In this document: positions 61,256 to 64,000 of the stretch, piece by piece | How the letters are laid out: every line of letters begins with the position of its first letter | How positions within the stretch are numbered: position 1 is the stretch's first letter | Assembly: GCA_043228905.1 (NCBI GenBank) | Contig: JBHGNT010000006.1 | Span: forward strand, 7,006,001 to 7,070,000 | Reading direction: 5' to 3' | DNA: 64,000 nt | Origin: Azolla caroliniana | Lineage: Eukaryota > Plantae > Polypodiophyta | Position numbers and translations under genes: made by a program | The notes under the pieces: model-generated | Told to the model about the DNA's origin: nothing | Database searches by the model: none | What the model saw: the letters and a program-made list of their open reading frames with translations, nothing else

Positions 61256-64000
61256 GTTCAAACAAACCAAGAAAAAAGAAACATTCAATTATTAATCCCT
61301 CTCCTACACACAAGCAAACACACACAACAAGAACAAGAGTCTAGACTCTACATATATATATATATATATATGTACTACACACTCCACTCCACTCTACTCT
61401 CGGGATTATTAGACTCTCGCATCGAGGGCACATCCTGTGAAATAAAAGAAGAAGAAGGCTCAATGTCTCCCGAGGAGTGGGGTTTCTCGATGGACTTGTT
61501 GGAGGAAACCTTTTTCTCGAGGGACTTCATAGATTGATTCATATTATGTTTGGCTAGCATTCGAATTGACGACCCCCACGTCGTCGTAGAGCACTAGGAT
61601 TTTTTGTCAGGAAAATCTGTGCGTGCTCAATTTTTCTGGGGAACTGCTTGTCTGGAGTCTTTGGATTTCATGGCATCTCAACGTCATGCTTTCTGTATCA
61701 TGCCTTAGTGCATAATACTTACTGCTTTTGTCTTTGTCTTCTTAGTTTCATAAACAATCACTATGATGGAGGAAAACCATCACTACAAGCAACATCCATC
61801 TCATGTTTCTTGGGAATTCAACGAGTGCATTTTTATTTCGAATCCCTTCAATATACATGGAGCCCTAGATGCCAATCCTCTCCAAATGTTCTCTTAACCT
61901 ACATGTAAAGGATGTCCCCCTAGTTAGTGTCTTGTTCATGCACAAGAAGAAATAAAGATAGAAATATATTTTAGGATTGGAGTAATATATCATCTCCTCA
62001 CAATGTTAGCCCTTCCCAAACTCATCTCTTTGTAGCACCATCACTTTATCTCTCCAGTATATAATCATAAGCATAGTTGATAATTATGTTTATCACTATC
62101 CTTAGCCCTATTGTTAGGATATAATCATATCAAGGATCCGGTTTCTACTAATCTACACACTTCTACAGCCCACAACATAAAAAGGTTGAAGTAACGTTTT
62201 ATTTTAGTCCAATTGATGTTCAAATTGATGAAAAAATCTTTCTTTGAAGCTACATTGTCCAACATAAGAACAAATAAGATTTCTTTGAAGCTACACTATC
62301 GAACACCATAGCAAAACTTTCTTCCAACCACATGACCATGTTTCTTACTCTAACCTTTGAATGATTCTCACCTTCAACATGATATCCTACAACATATAGT
62401 TTTTGGCAATAGTTGTAGATTCTTGAAATTGAGAGTTTAGTAGTCATCCAGATCAATAATCATTCGTGATCTACAAAACCATGATTACTTAAAATAAAGT
62501 ATAGACTGAGGAGACGTGGATTAAGTTATAGATAGCTATTAACAATGATCATGTTGCTTATGGATCTATTAGTTTAATTATCATTGCAGAATTGAGCTTT
62601 ACAACAAGGGCAACTAAATTGCAATTGAAAAGGTCCCACTCGAAAGACAATATATGGTAGCTTCATCATTGTCTAAGGCTAAGAAATTGTCATAATCAGA
62701 GATTTCTTAGAATCACAAATTGGAGCAATAGCTAGAAGCCAGAGACTAGCAAGTAGATCAATGCTTGAGCTGAAACTGTTGAAATGAAATATAAATTATC
62801 CAGATCCTTAATATCATGTTATAGCATATACCCAAAATTATCAAATGCAAATCCCATTTGAGTAGTGTCCTCACCGCATGTCCAAGTAACTTATGTTCAT
62901 CCACTCAAAAAGCGTGAAATATATTAGCACTACCCATAATCAAGAATCCTTTATTAAGATTTTACGACCCATGCAAATCATTTGCAACTGCCCAAACGTC
63001 TCGTTACATTGCAGTGTCAGCAAATCCAACTCAACCTTCCATAGTTGGCATTGATTCACTAGCAACTTGATCAGTAATTCAATCATCAGGTAATGCATTG
63101 AACAATAAAAACAGTAAGGTTGAAGTGTAAAATTAGTTATGACGAAATGTGAGGAATCACTCGATTAGTGAAAGCATGATAATGTTGATAAAGAAATTCC
63201 CTCAGATAAAGTTGCCTATATAGTCTCTTTGATACTCGGGAGTAAATGAAAAATGCATAAAGCATGATAATGTTAATAAAAAAATTCTCTTAAGATTAAA
63301 TCCGACTATATAATCTCTTTGATATTTGAGACTAAATGAAAATTGCATATATGCTTTTTCATTTTCTGACTAGAACAATAATCATGAGGACAGTCCATTG
63401 TCCTTGTCAGCCAAAGCTGTGTAGAGAAGATAGGCACAACAATCATTACAAGTACTTCTGTAAAGTTGCAGCTACTTCGACTTTCTTGATTCTGATGAAA
63501 AATCCTCTAGTAATGTTTCAACATCGTGACGGAAAATGTTGTCGACTAGGTAACCATCTTTTGTAAACCTAACCAAAAAATAAACTACTTTATAAATTAT
63601 TATGGAGATGTTCTTGAGTAATTCAGTTCAAATTCTAGTTTAGAATGGAAACCAGAGAAGCAAAAACAAATAATGCAAATAATCCATACAGCATCATGTA
63701 TATGTGTGTGTGTGTGTGTATAAGAGTATGCATACACATAAATATATACCTGCATATATGTACAATATGTATGTATCCATATGTTTGTATGAGTAAATGA
63801 ACATGCGTGTATTATGTAAAGAAAACCAAAATACCAATTCAATTTAAAATATGGTCAGTAATATTTCTAGGCCGAAGGAAAACTAGAACCAAAAGTACGT
63901 TTCTCACCACTTTGTAACACTCTTTGTGAACTCCAGGGGAGGATTTGCTGAGACTGATTTAGGGTCAGCACTGGCAATCTCCAATGTGTACAGGTCTGAA

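Noticed and set aside
61700-63150. Possible decayed NB-ARC-like pseudogene on the minus strand (VLMLDNV-like motif)
   Set aside because: Only weak isolated motifs amid many stops; would need TBLASTN.
63171-63350. Diverged ~88-bp tandem duplication
   Set aside because: Two degenerate copies with no associated structure; ordinary local duplication.

Overview
Eukaryotic plant nuclear DNA. A fern or other free-sporing plant is inferred from a large PLS-class PPR gene, a bryophyte/fern-type plastid 16S fragment and a putative flagellar gene. The first ~32.5 kb is a nested transposon block: a stack of Ty1/copia pieces (1-9.9 kb), then one old copia (~10.8-32.5 kb) split by two insertions. The first insertion is a 13,039-bp DNA transposon (11838-24876) with 26-bp GGG...CCC TIRs, a 4-bp CCAA TSD and a decayed Sola2-type transposase. 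It also carries a convergent coiled-coil/RING-H2 gene, a captured URB2-like host fragment, AGTACT-rich intronic arrays and an RTE-X-like LINE. The second insertion is a hAT MITE hosting an intact, very young, CCGG-rich copia (25843-31497). The right half is genic: a 7-exon purple acid phosphatase, a Mutator MITE, an intronless PLS-E PPR gene, a dead L1-like LINE containing a plastid 16S fragment, an intronless CW-zinc-finger gene and a multi-exon putative flagellar gene with a hAT MITE upstream. The best candidate for an undescribed system is the two-gene, cargo-carrying Sola2-like element. Its accessory RING protein and motif arrays resemble, by analogy only, TE-encoded anti-silencing systems. 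All family assignments are by eye; no searches were run.
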